Shown: piece after piece, positions 18,458 through 27,106 of the stretch | Numbering within the stretch: the stretch's first letter is position 1 | Layout: each line of letters begins with the position of its first letter | NCBI GenBank assembly: GCA_035715365.1 | Contig: DASTLB010000022.1 | Coordinates: 144,242 to 208,241, forward strand | Direction: 5' to 3' | DNA length: 64,000 nt | Origin: Kofleriaceae bacterium | GTDB taxonomy: Bacteria; Myxococcota_A; Polyangia; Haliangiales; Haliangiaceae | Notes under the pieces: generated by a model | Database searches by the model: none | What the model was told of the DNA's origin: nothing | Seen by the model: only the letters and a program-made list of their open reading frames with translations | Translations under genes and position numbers: made by a program

Positions 18458-18949
18458 CTACTTCTTCAGCGTCTTCTCGAAGTTGTCGACCGCCTTGTTG
18501 AGCGCGGCGATGTCGGCCTCGGCCGCGGTCTTGATGCCGGCGAGGTCCGCCGATGCCGCCGCATCGATCTTCGCCATGTCGGCGTTGACCGCCTCGCGAC
18601 GCTTCTGCACCTCGGCGTACGCGGCGTCGGCGTTCTTCTTCGCGGCGCCCTTCGCCTTGTCGAGCCGGCCCTTGAGGTCCTCGATCTTGCGGTCCGCGGC
18701 GTCGACGTCCTTCTTCAGCGCGTCGCGCACGTCGGTGCGGTCCTTCGCGATCTTGTCGTCGGCTTCCTTCTTCGCGGCGGCCTCGGCTTCGGCCTTCTTC
18801 TTGTCGGCCTCGGCTTGCGCCTTCGCCGCCTCGGCCTTCTCTTCGTCGGCCTTCTTCTGCGCCTTCTCGGCTTCTTCCTTCTTGTTCTTGCAGCCGGCCG
18901 CGCCAGCGAGCAGGCCGACGGACACGAGTCCCACGATGATCGAGCGCAT
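18458..18949 (-). CDS. Lys/Ala/Glu-rich coiled-coil lipoprotein
   Basis: Lipobox LLAGAAGC; K/A/E low-complexity helix. Confidence 0.55.
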   Translation of the reverse strand: MRSIIVGLVSVGLLAGAAGCKNKKEEAEKAQKKADEEKAEAAKAQAEADKKKAEAEAAAKKEADDKIAKDRTDVRDALKKDVDAADRKIEDLKGRLDKAKGAAKKNADAAYAEVQKRREAVNADMAKIDAAASADLAGIKTAAEADIAALNKAVDNFEKTLKK

Positions 18950-19017
18950 GAGGTCTCCTTTGGTCCCCCGAAATTACCGGAGTGGCCGCGGGAGCCGCGC
19001 GCCGCGAGCGTGAAGTC

Positions 19018-21129
19018 TCAGTGATGAGCAGGCGGCGGGGGCGGCTCGCCCGGCGCCTCGCGCGGCGGGATGAAGAACTCGAGCGGCCGCTTGACGAACC
19101 GCTTGAGCACCGCGACCGGGAGCATCCGGCGCTCGCCGCGTGGCACGTCGCGTGCGCGCAGGGCGATCACGAGCGCGAGCGCGAAGCTGACGCCGAAATT
19201 CATGAGCCCGATGATCGCGATGCCGATCGCGGCGGCCACGAACAGCCCGATCCCGATGTGATCGATGCCGACCGACGAGATCGCCAGCGTCAGCGAGCCC
19301 GTCGAGAGCGTGATGTGGCGGACGTCGAGCGGCAGGCCGAAGAACTTCGCGAACACCGGCAGCATGCCGAGCAAGAAGCCGAGCGACACCGAGCCGCCGA
19401 AGCCGGCCGCCTCGTGCTCGAGGAAGCGCGCAGCCTTCGCCATGCGTTGCTTGCCGAACCGCTTGCCCCAGCGATGATGCTCGATCGCCTCCGGGATGCG
19501 CCGGTACACGATCCAGTTCTCGAACCAGCCCGCGAACAAGCTGGACAGCCACAGCAGCACGCCGGTGAGCGCGGCGAAGAAGATCGTGCCCGAGCCGAGC
19601 GGATCGAACGATTGCACGGTCTTCATCGCGCCGTGCTCGTCGAGGAACGGATGGCCGACGACGCGCTGGTACAAGAAGTCGAACGCGAGCGCGGTCACGA
19701 TCACCGCGGACACGTTGCCGAGCGCGGCAGCGAACTGCGAGCGCGCGATGCGGGCGATCAGCGACACGAGCTCGTCCATGCGGTGCGGCCCGGACTTCTC
19801 GCGGATCGTGCCGGCGAGCGACGCCGCGGTCATCGACGGCTGCTTCGTCGCGAGCGTGAACCCGACGAGCTGCATGACGACGAAGCTCGCGGCGTAGTCG
19901 ATCGACGACAGCAGGCCATCGAGGAACGGCGCGAACTCGCCCCACTTGACGAGGAACTTGCCGATCGCGGTACCGCACGTCAGCACGCCGCCGCCGGCCG
20001 CCGACAGATACATCTTCCAGTACTCGCGCCGCGACGACGTCACGTAGTGCTCGCCGGTGCGGCCGGCGCGCTCGATCACCTTGCGCGCGAGCAGGCGCAG
20101 GTTGTCGTTGAGCAGCTGCTTGAAGCTGCGCCCACCGACGAGGCCGCGGCCGACCGACGCGATCAGCGCGCGGACCTCGTACGTCGGCTCGAGGGTGTCG
20201 GTGCCGTCGACGAATGGCAGCAAGATCTCGATCCGCGACAAACCCTGCTCGATCGAGTCGAGCGCGTACACGACGTCGATCGACACGCCGGTCTCTTCGA
20301 GCGCGACCTTGACGTGCTCGAGGTGCTTGCGGCACGCCTCGATCAGCGCCGGCATCTCCTGCGGGCGTGCGCGTGTCAGGTGATAGAGCGGCGAGTCGCG
20401 GATCGTCGTGCCGAGACCGCGGGTGCGAAACGCCTCGCTCATCCCGGCAGCCGCGATCCGCGTCGAGATCAGGCTGATCGCGTCGAGGATCGACGTGCGC
20501 AGCGGCTCCCACGAGTCACCGCCGGCGACCGCGAGCCGGTGCAGCAGCGGATCGGCGGCCGGGCCGAGCCACTCGAGATCGTCGAGCTTGCGCACGATCT
20601 GGTTCGCGAGGCGCCACAGCTCGTGCTGCGCAGGTGGCTCGGGCAGGAACTTGCGCGCGAGCCGGTCGGTGGTCTCGGCGAGCAGGCCGCGATCGTTCGG
20701 CAGGCCGATCTCGCCGAACAGCCGGATGCCGCGCGTCTGCGTCAGCACCGCATGCAGCGTGCCCTGGAACCGGCGGCGCGCCTGCGGGATGCGCTCGAGC
20801 GCGACGACGAGCATCTCGAGGCGCGACAGCGCCGGGTGCTGCGGCGAGCCGGGCACGCTCGGGCCCGCGATGATGAAGCGGCCGAGCTGCTCGATCGCGA
20901 GCAGCTGCTCGGGCAGCGGCGCGTCGGGCTTGCACTTCGCGAGCAAGATCCGCAGCAGCGGGCTCGCCTTCGCGTCGACGGCACCGATGATGCGGAGGAA
21001 TTCTTCACGAGGCGGAACCTCGTCGTTGCTCGCGCCCACGCGGTACGGGTCTTCGGTCAAAGCCTCGGGATGCGCCACCGCCAAAAATGCTAACACCGCC
21101 TCGATCGAGGCCGGGCGCATCCGGACCAA
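19018..21129 (-). CDS. large membrane protein (PF10136 putative-site-specific-recombinase-like family?)
   Basis: 703 aa; soluble N-terminal half plus multiple C-terminal TM helices; family assignment is from memory and uncertain. Confidence 0.4.
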   Translation of the reverse strand: MVRMRPASIEAVLAFLAVAHPEALTEDPYRVGASNDEVPPREEFLRIIGAVDAKASPLLRILLAKCKPDAPLPEQLLAIEQLGRFIIAGPSVPGSPQHPALSRLEMLVVALERIPQARRRFQGTLHAVLTQTRGIRLFGEIGLPNDRGLLAETTDRLARKFLPEPPAQHELWRLANQIVRKLDDLEWLGPAADPLLHRLAVAGGDSWEPLRTSILDAISLISTRIAAAGMSEAFRTRGLGTTIRDSPLYHLTRARPQEMPALIEACRKHLEHVKVALEETGVSIDVVYALDSIEQGLSRIEILLPFVDGTDTLEPTYEVRALIASVGRGLVGGRSFKQLLNDNLRLLARKVIERAGRTGEHYVTSSRREYWKMYLSAAGGGVLTCGTAIGKFLVKWGEFAPFLDGLLSSIDYAASFVVMQLVGFTLATKQPSMTAASLAGTIREKSGPHRMDELVSLIARIARSQFAAALGNVSAVIVTALAFDFLYQRVVGHPFLDEHGAMKTVQSFDPLGSGTIFFAALTGVLLWLSSLFAGWFENWIVYRRIPEAIEHHRWGKRFGKQRMAKAARFLEHEAAGFGGSVSLGFLLGMLPVFAKFFGLPLDVRHITLSTGSLTLAISSVGIDHIGIGLFVAAAIGIAIIGLMNFGVSFALALVIALRARDVPRGERRMLPVAVLKRFVKRPLEFFIPPREAPGEPPPPPAHH

Positions 21130-21157
21130 AGCTCGCGGTAGGCAGGACTCCGACTGG

Positions 21158-23461
21158 TCAGCGGATCGTCCACGTCGTCGGCGGCACGAAGAACTTCGTC
21201 GTGCCAGCCTCGATCATCGACGCGCCCGTGTGCAGCGTTCCGGCGAGCGTCGCGATCACCTTGACCTTCGCGGTGAACGTCTGGCCCGGCGCGAGCGGCG
21301 CCAAGTGCAGATCGATCTTGCCGTCGGCAATCTCGAACCGCTGCACCGCACCGGACGCGACGAGCGCCTCGAGGCTGGGGCGATCGACCTGCACGCCCGC
21401 AGGGAGTGCGTGCTGCACGTGCACGGGAATTCCCGAGGGCGCGATCGCGGTGATCGCGATCTCGGTCGCCTTGCCGACGCTCGCGTCGACCTTCGCCGGC
21501 AGCGCGAGCTCGAGGCCCTGCTGCGTCGACTGCTTCTCCCACGGCACCCACGCCTGCAGCGCGAGCGAATATCCGAGGCCGGGCACCGCGGGCTCGGCGG
21601 CGATCGACCACGCCTGCTTGCCGGCGAAGCCGCGCGCCGGACCGTCGAGCACGAGCACGTCCTTGAGCTGCGCGGCATCGAACTGTCCGCTCGCGACCGG
21701 TTGACCGTCCATCTGCAGCGTGATCTTCACGCTGCCCGGCAGGCGATCCTTGAACAGCGCGAGCACCGCGCGCATGCATGCGAGGTTCGCGACACCATCG
21801 CCCCAGCCGTACGCCGGCGCGTACGAGCCGAGCAGCGTCGTGCCGAGATCGGCGAGCACCGGCGCTGCCTTCGGATCGCCCGCGAGTGCGAGCACCGCGA
21901 GCGCGGTCGCCTCGGCGCGCGACGGCGTGGTGCCATCGGCGCGCACGACGCCCTCGTCGACGCGCAGGTAGCTCGCGCCGTCGTCGGCCTTCGTGACCGC
22001 GGCGAGCACGCGCGCGCGCAGCTTGTCGGCGAGCTCGCCCTTGACCGCACCGCTCGCGAGGATCGCGGCCGCGGTGTAGCCGTCGGTGATCTGATCGGCG
22101 GTGCGCGCGAACGCACCCGCGGCCTTCGCCTGCACCGCCATCGCGCGCTGCCGGGCCGTCGTCGTCGACAGGTTCGCACCCGCGGCGCGCGTCGCGTCCG
22201 CGGTCGTGACGAGCACGCGCTGCAGTGTCCAGCCGCTCGGCGCGCCGGCGAACGTCCCGTCGGGCCGCTGCTGCTGCGCGAGATAGGCCGCGGCGCGCTC
22301 GCCGAGCCGCGCGACGACCGGCTTGTCGAGATGCGTGAATGCCGCCTCTGCGAGCAGCGTCGCGCTCGTGACGTCGAGCGTGCGGCCATCGCGGATCGCG
22401 CGCTGCGAGGTCACGATCGACAGCGTGCGCAGCGCCTCGGGATCGGGCTTGTCGCCGAGCGACTGCAGGAGATCGGTCGCGCGGCCGGCGAGCAGCAGCG
22501 CGTACGCGTCCTCGGCGATGCCGGCACGCGCGCTCGACACCGCGAGCTCGGAGCGCAGGATCGCGAGCGCGCCCGGGAACACGAGCAGCCGCACGCGATC
22601 GGCGGCGGGATCGGAGCCCGTGGGGCCGTCGATCGTGACGGTACGCGGCGCCGCGAGCGTCCCGGTGCGCGTGACGACGACCGGCTTGCCCGCGGGCACG
22701 ACGTCGATCGTGTGCGCGACCGCGTCGGTGGCGCCGAGGCCGACGCGCAGCTTGATCGTGCCGGGCCGCTTCGCGCGCAGCGTGATGTGATCGACGAGGC
22801 TGCCCTGCGCCGGGATCGTGCGCGTGCCGCCGCCGCCGCCGAGCTCGCCACCCTCGATCTGCAGCGCGAGCTTGTCCGTGACCGCGGCCTGCGTCGTGTT
22901 GACCATCTGGATCGGCAACCGGATCTCGTCGCCCGCGATCAGGAAGGGCGGCACGACCGGATCGACGTACGCCGACAGCGTGCCGAGGAAGCTCGTCGTC
23001 GCGCCTGCCTGCGCGCCGGTGCGCGAGTGCGCGAGCGCGAGCACGCGCCACGTCGTCAGTCGATCCGGCACGTGCACGGGCACCGTCGCTTCGCCGCGAT
23101 CGTTCGTCACGACGAGCGGCTCGAACAGGAACGTCTCGGGGAACCACGCGCGTGTCGGTGCTTCGTTCGCCGGAGTGCTCGGGTCCGGAGACTTCGCGCG
23201 GTGCTTGCCGTCGTTGTCCTTTTCGGCGTCCTGCTTCGCCTCGCTCTTCATCGTCAGCTTCGTGTCGGCGAGCTCGGCGCCCGGCGGCGCGGGCTTGTCG
23301 GCTTCCTGCTCGGTCGCCGCGAACGTCTGGCCAGCGGCCGACCCCGCGACGCGATTCGCCGCGGGCTCCTTGGAGACATCCCCGGATCGCGAGGCGCTCT
23401 TCTCGCCACCCTTGCACGCGAGCGCGAGCAGCAGCACCGCGAGCCACTTGTGATTGCGCAT
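21158..23461 (-). CDS. alpha-2-macroglobulin family lipoprotein, C-terminal half (A2M / TED-like / receptor-binding domains)
   Basis: Lipobox LLLALAC; low-complexity linker; A2M hallmark WFPETFLFEP...LTTWRVLA; no CxEQ thioester seen. Confidence 0.7.
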   Translation of the reverse strand: MRNHKWLAVLLLALACKGGEKSASRSGDVSKEPAANRVAGSAAGQTFAATEQEADKPAPPGAELADTKLTMKSEAKQDAEKDNDGKHRAKSPDPSTPANEAPTRAWFPETFLFEPLVVTNDRGEATVPVHVPDRLTTWRVLALAHSRTGAQAGATTSFLGTLSAYVDPVVPPFLIAGDEIRLPIQMVNTTQAAVTDKLALQIEGGELGGGGGTRTIPAQGSLVDHITLRAKRPGTIKLRVGLGATDAVAHTIDVVPAGKPVVVTRTGTLAAPRTVTIDGPTGSDPAADRVRLLVFPGALAILRSELAVSSARAGIAEDAYALLLAGRATDLLQSLGDKPDPEALRTLSIVTSQRAIRDGRTLDVTSATLLAEAAFTHLDKPVVARLGERAAAYLAQQQRPDGTFAGAPSGWTLQRVLVTTADATRAAGANLSTTTARQRAMAVQAKAAGAFARTADQITDGYTAAAILASGAVKGELADKLRARVLAAVTKADDGASYLRVDEGVVRADGTTPSRAEATALAVLALAGDPKAAPVLADLGTTLLGSYAPAYGWGDGVANLACMRAVLALFKDRLPGSVKITLQMDGQPVASGQFDAAQLKDVLVLDGPARGFAGKQAWSIAAEPAVPGLGYSLALQAWVPWEKQSTQQGLELALPAKVDASVGKATEIAITAIAPSGIPVHVQHALPAGVQVDRPSLEALVASGAVQRFEIADGKIDLHLAPLAPGQTFTAKVKVIATLAGTLHTGASMIEAGTTKFFVPPTTWTIR

Positions 23462-23463
23462 GT

Positions 23464-26400
23464 TCAAGGCCTCTCCCGGGCGACCCACTGGGCCCAGTTC
23501 TCGACGTCCTCGGGCAACCGCGTACCGACGACGATCACCGCACGCGGATCGGTGAGCGACAGTAGATCCGGCGGCAACCGCGACAGCCGCAACGTGCGGC
23601 CATACGCGTCGGTCACCGGCTGGCCGCGCGACTTGCACGCCGCGATCGCCTTGCTCCACAGGCTCGCCATCGTCACCGGGCGCATCTTCTCGCCGGCGGG
23701 AGCCTTCGCTTCCCACACCCGGGCCTGCGCGTGAAGCTCGGCGAGCACGACGTAGAAGTGATCGGTCAGATCCTCGACCGGATCGAACGCACTGCGCGCC
23801 GACGTGCTGACCACGGCATCGAGCTCCGGCGGCTTCGGGATCGCGGTCACGCGCAGCACGGTCGCCGCCGCCGCGTTCGCGCCGCGGATCCGGCCGAGCG
23901 CGAGCGCCTGACCGTCGAGCGCGCCGAACGCCGGCGCGCTGGTCTCGACCTGCGGCCGGACGCGGCCCATCGCGTCCGGTCCCGGCAGCGGGACGAGCTG
24001 ACCGAGGCTGTCGTCGACGCCGAACAGCCCGACCGCTGCCTTGCCGCCTTGCTTGCCGACGCGCGTCTGGATCACGAGCTCGGCGCGCTGGCCGGGCGCG
24101 TACTGCGGCTGCTTCGGCTGGACCGTGACCTCGAGCTCGGCCTTCGGCTGCACGTAGACGAGCGCGCGCACGCCGCCGCCGGTGACCTCGCACCAGCCCT
24201 CGACGTTCGCGGCGAGCGGCAGCACCGCCTTGCGCTCGGCGTCGAGGTCGACCTTCTTCTCGTACGCGAGACAGTGCACCTCGAGCTGCTTTGGCAATTG
24301 CCCGGTGAACTCCGGGCCGCGGATCAGCTGCGCGGTGATCGACTCGCCGGGCTTCGCGATCACCGGCGTGACGCGCAGCCGCAGGTTCGGGACCTCGCCC
24401 GGCGTGATCCGCAGCTTCGTCGATGCCGGCTTGCCGTCGATCGTCGTCTCGACGTCGAGCTCGTAGCCGAGCATCGTCGTCGGCTGCGGCTTCTGCTGCG
24501 CGAGCCGCGCCGGCAGCTCGAGCGAGAACCGCACGAAGCCGAGCGCGTCCGCCGTGGCCTTGTCCGCGAGCTCGACGCGGCCGCCGAGCCGCGACTGCAC
24601 GCACGCCATCGCCGACGCCGCCGGCCGCTCCGCCTTCGGATCGTTCGCCCAGCCGGCGAGCTCGACGACCTTGTCGCCGGCGCGCACGCGCCACGCGAGC
24701 AGCTGCGGCAGATCGCCGTCGATCGTCGGCAGGCAGTCGCGGGCGCCCCGCGCGCGCTCCGCGATCTCGGCCGCGAAGCCCGGGGGCACGTCGAGCGCGC
24801 TCTCGATCGACGGCACGAGCGTCGGCAGATCCGGATCGGTGAGCTGGAACTCGATCTTGTAGAGCCGCTCGCTGCCGGCCGGCAGCCGCTTGCCGCGGAC
24901 GATGCCGACGACACAGCGATCGAGTGCGGTCGTGCCGCCGCCCGCGGTCACGATCGTGCCGCGCGCGTCGACGCGCAACCCGACCGTCGACGACGTCGCG
25001 TCGCCGACCCACTTCGCGCACGGCGCGAGCGCGGGCAGCCACCTGTCGAGCTCGACCTGATCCGCGAGCGGCGCGCCCTCGTCTCCGATCAGCTCCTCGG
25101 CCTCACCGCGGGTGACCAGCGCCGCGCGTGGCGCCGGCCGGAACGGCAGCGCCGGGATCACGATGTTGACCGGTGCGCCGGGATCGATCTGCAGGCTCGC
25201 GACGCCGTCCTCGTCGAGCTCGGCCTCGACGCCCGGATCGCCGGGCTGCCACGTGCGCTTGACCTTGATCTTCTGCTTGCCGACGACGCGGCCGTCCGGC
25301 GTCGTGACGCGCACGAACAGCCGGTTGTTGAAGCTCTGGACCAGCCCGTTGCCGAGCTCGGTCACCGCGGTCGCCGCGATGCCGTCCTGCGCGAGCAGCA
25401 CCTGCGCCGCGCCCGCGACGCGATCGCCCGCCGGATCGATCGCCGAGATCCGCGCGGTCAGCGTGACGCTGCCCTGCAGATCGTCGGGCACCTTCGGCAG
25501 CGCGAGCTCGAACCGCCCGTTCGCGCCGGTGACCGCCTGCTTCGGCAGCAGCCGGTCCTGCCACTCGGTCGGCGGCGGCCATGCGCCCGCGACCTCCCAC
25601 TGGATCTCGAGGTTCGCGCGCGCGACCGGCGCGCCCGAGCTGTACACGACGCTGCCCTGGATCGCCGGCGCGTCGCCGGGACGATAGAACGCACGCCCCG
25701 CGGTCGCCTCGACGCGAAACCGCGGCAGCGTGAATGGCTCGACGGTGAACGCGACCTCGTCGACCGCATCCGCCGATACCCAGGCGACGTGCCACGTCCC
25801 GGTCGCCGCGCCCTTGTCGAGCGGGAACGAGCCCGCGACCACGCCCCAGTCGCCGGCCGGCGCCTTCTCCTCGAGCAGCACCTCGCCCGACGGATCCTTG
25901 ATCGTCCACATCCCCGGCCGACCATCGATCGGCGCGAGGTCGCGCGCGCGCAGCACGACGGCGCGAAACTTCACGACGTTGCCGGGCTCGTAGAGCGGGC
26001 GGTCGGTGATCACGTGGATCCGCGCCGGCGTGTACAGCGGCAGCGGCGCGTCGAGCTCGCCCTTGCCGAGCCGGGTCTCGTACGCGACGTGCAGCTTGTA
26101 GTCACCGTCGGGGACGTCGGGCAGCTTCAGCGTACCGCGCTGCTGATCGCCGGAGCGCTCCCAGTCGATCGCGAGCGGCGTCGCCTTCTGCTTCGCGTCG
26201 ACGAGCGTCGTCGTGATCGACGAGAACCGCGGCACCGGCGCGGTTCGATCGAGGTCCGCCTCGTCGGTCGTGTAGTGCGCGATCGCGCCGAGATACACGT
26301 AGCCCTCGGCGCCGCGCCGCAGCCCCGCGAGCTGGAGCTCGGCGGTCTGGCGGACGTCGCCGTCGGGACACTCCGGGATCGCGATCCCGTACTTCTCGAA

Positions 26401-26484
26401 CGCGTGGCGACAGATGTTCGACGGGATCAGGATCCCGATCAGAAAGAACGCCGCCGCGAGCGAGATCCACGCTTCACGCTTCAT
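23464..26484 (-). CDS. alpha-2-macroglobulin family protein, N-terminal MG-domain half
   Basis: N-terminal signal anchor; MG-domain signatures ITDRPLYEPGNVVKFRAVV and FTVEPFTLPRFRV; stop is 2 nt before the next gene's ATG. Confidence 0.7.
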   Translation of the reverse strand: MKREAWISLAAAFFLIGILIPSNICRHAFEKYGIAIPECPDGDVRQTAELQLAGLRRGAEGYVYLGAIAHYTTDEADLDRTAPVPRFSSITTTLVDAKQKATPLAIDWERSGDQQRGTLKLPDVPDGDYKLHVAYETRLGKGELDAPLPLYTPARIHVITDRPLYEPGNVVKFRAVVLRARDLAPIDGRPGMWTIKDPSGEVLLEEKAPAGDWGVVAGSFPLDKGAATGTWHVAWVSADAVDEVAFTVEPFTLPRFRVEATAGRAFYRPGDAPAIQGSVVYSSGAPVARANLEIQWEVAGAWPPPTEWQDRLLPKQAVTGANGRFELALPKVPDDLQGSVTLTARISAIDPAGDRVAGAAQVLLAQDGIAATAVTELGNGLVQSFNNRLFVRVTTPDGRVVGKQKIKVKRTWQPGDPGVEAELDEDGVASLQIDPGAPVNIVIPALPFRPAPRAALVTRGEAEELIGDEGAPLADQVELDRWLPALAPCAKWVGDATSSTVGLRVDARGTIVTAGGGTTALDRCVVGIVRGKRLPAGSERLYKIEFQLTDPDLPTLVPSIESALDVPPGFAAEIAERARGARDCLPTIDGDLPQLLAWRVRAGDKVVELAGWANDPKAERPAASAMACVQSRLGGRVELADKATADALGFVRFSLELPARLAQQKPQPTTMLGYELDVETTIDGKPASTKLRITPGEVPNLRLRVTPVIAKPGESITAQLIRGPEFTGQLPKQLEVHCLAYEKKVDLDAERKAVLPLAANVEGWCEVTGGGVRALVYVQPKAELEVTVQPKQPQYAPGQRAELVIQTRVGKQGGKAAVGLFGVDDSLGQLVPLPGPDAMGRVRPQVETSAPAFGALDGQALALGRIRGANAAAATVLRVTAIPKPPELDAVVSTSARSAFDPVEDLTDHFYVVLAELHAQARVWEAKAPAGEKMRPVTMASLWSKAIAACKSRGQPVTDAYGRTLRLSRLPPDLLSLTDPRAVIVVGTRLPEDVENWAQWVARERP

Positions 26485-26722
26485 GAGTCATCCGCCCCCT
26501 CCAGCAGGGTATCAGCCCGTGCACACGCGCGAAGGTGACGCGGCGGTCTACGCCGCGCCCGCGATCGATCGTCGTCAATTGTCACGAGCCTCGATCACCT
26601 GATCGAACCGAGCGCGCTCTCGATCGAAGTGATCGACGGCCGGGCTCGCTAACCCGGCGCACGGCCTCGGATCGCCCGTGGCACCGCGCTTGCTGAACCT
26701 GGCGGCGATGTGGAGCTCCCCA

Positions 26723-27106
26723 ATGAAGCGGTACGTCCTGGTGTTCTCGGCACTCGGGCTCGTCGGCTGTTTCCTGCCGCTCGTGACGTGGCGCGGCACC
26801 TCGATCAGCGTGTTCGACCTGCGGTACGCGTCGTGGCGGCCGTACGTCACGATGCTCGCGTTCGCGCTGCCCGCCTTGATCGCGTGGCGCGGCACGAGCC
26901 GCGCGACCGCGAAGGCCGGGTTCGTGTGCTTCGGCTACCTCGCGCTGAAGCTCGGGCCGAAGGCGCTCGATCTCGTGCTGCGCGCCGGGCTCGGCGGCAA
27001 GCTGATCGGCATCGCGGTCGTCGGCGGCGTGCTCGCGACGATCGGCCTCGCGCTCGAACCGGTCACGCGCGGATCTTCTTGTTCTCCGGATCGTACAGAG
27101 GCTTGA
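26723..27106 (+). CDS. small polytopic membrane protein (hypothetical)
   Basis: MKRYVLVFSALGLVGCFLPLV...; 3-4 hydrophobic helices. Confidence 0.35.
   Translation: MKRYVLVFSALGLVGCFLPLVTWRGTSISVFDLRYASWRPYVTMLAFALPALIAWRGTSRATAKAGFVCFGYLALKLGPKALDLVLRAGLGGKLIGIAVVGGVLATIGLALEPVTRGSSCSPDRTEA

Noticed and set aside
20408-23734. 1108-aa plus-strand ORF and 21090..23447 minus ORF overlapping the A2M genes
   Set aside because: Alternative-frame GC artefacts (Arg/Gly/Asp-rich); the A2M frames carry recognisable family motifs.
26575-26895. 106-aa minus ORF upstream of the A2M operon
   Set aside because: No motifs. It overlaps a more protein-like small membrane ORF on the plus strand (26723..27106), and that plus ORF is itself only weakly supported.
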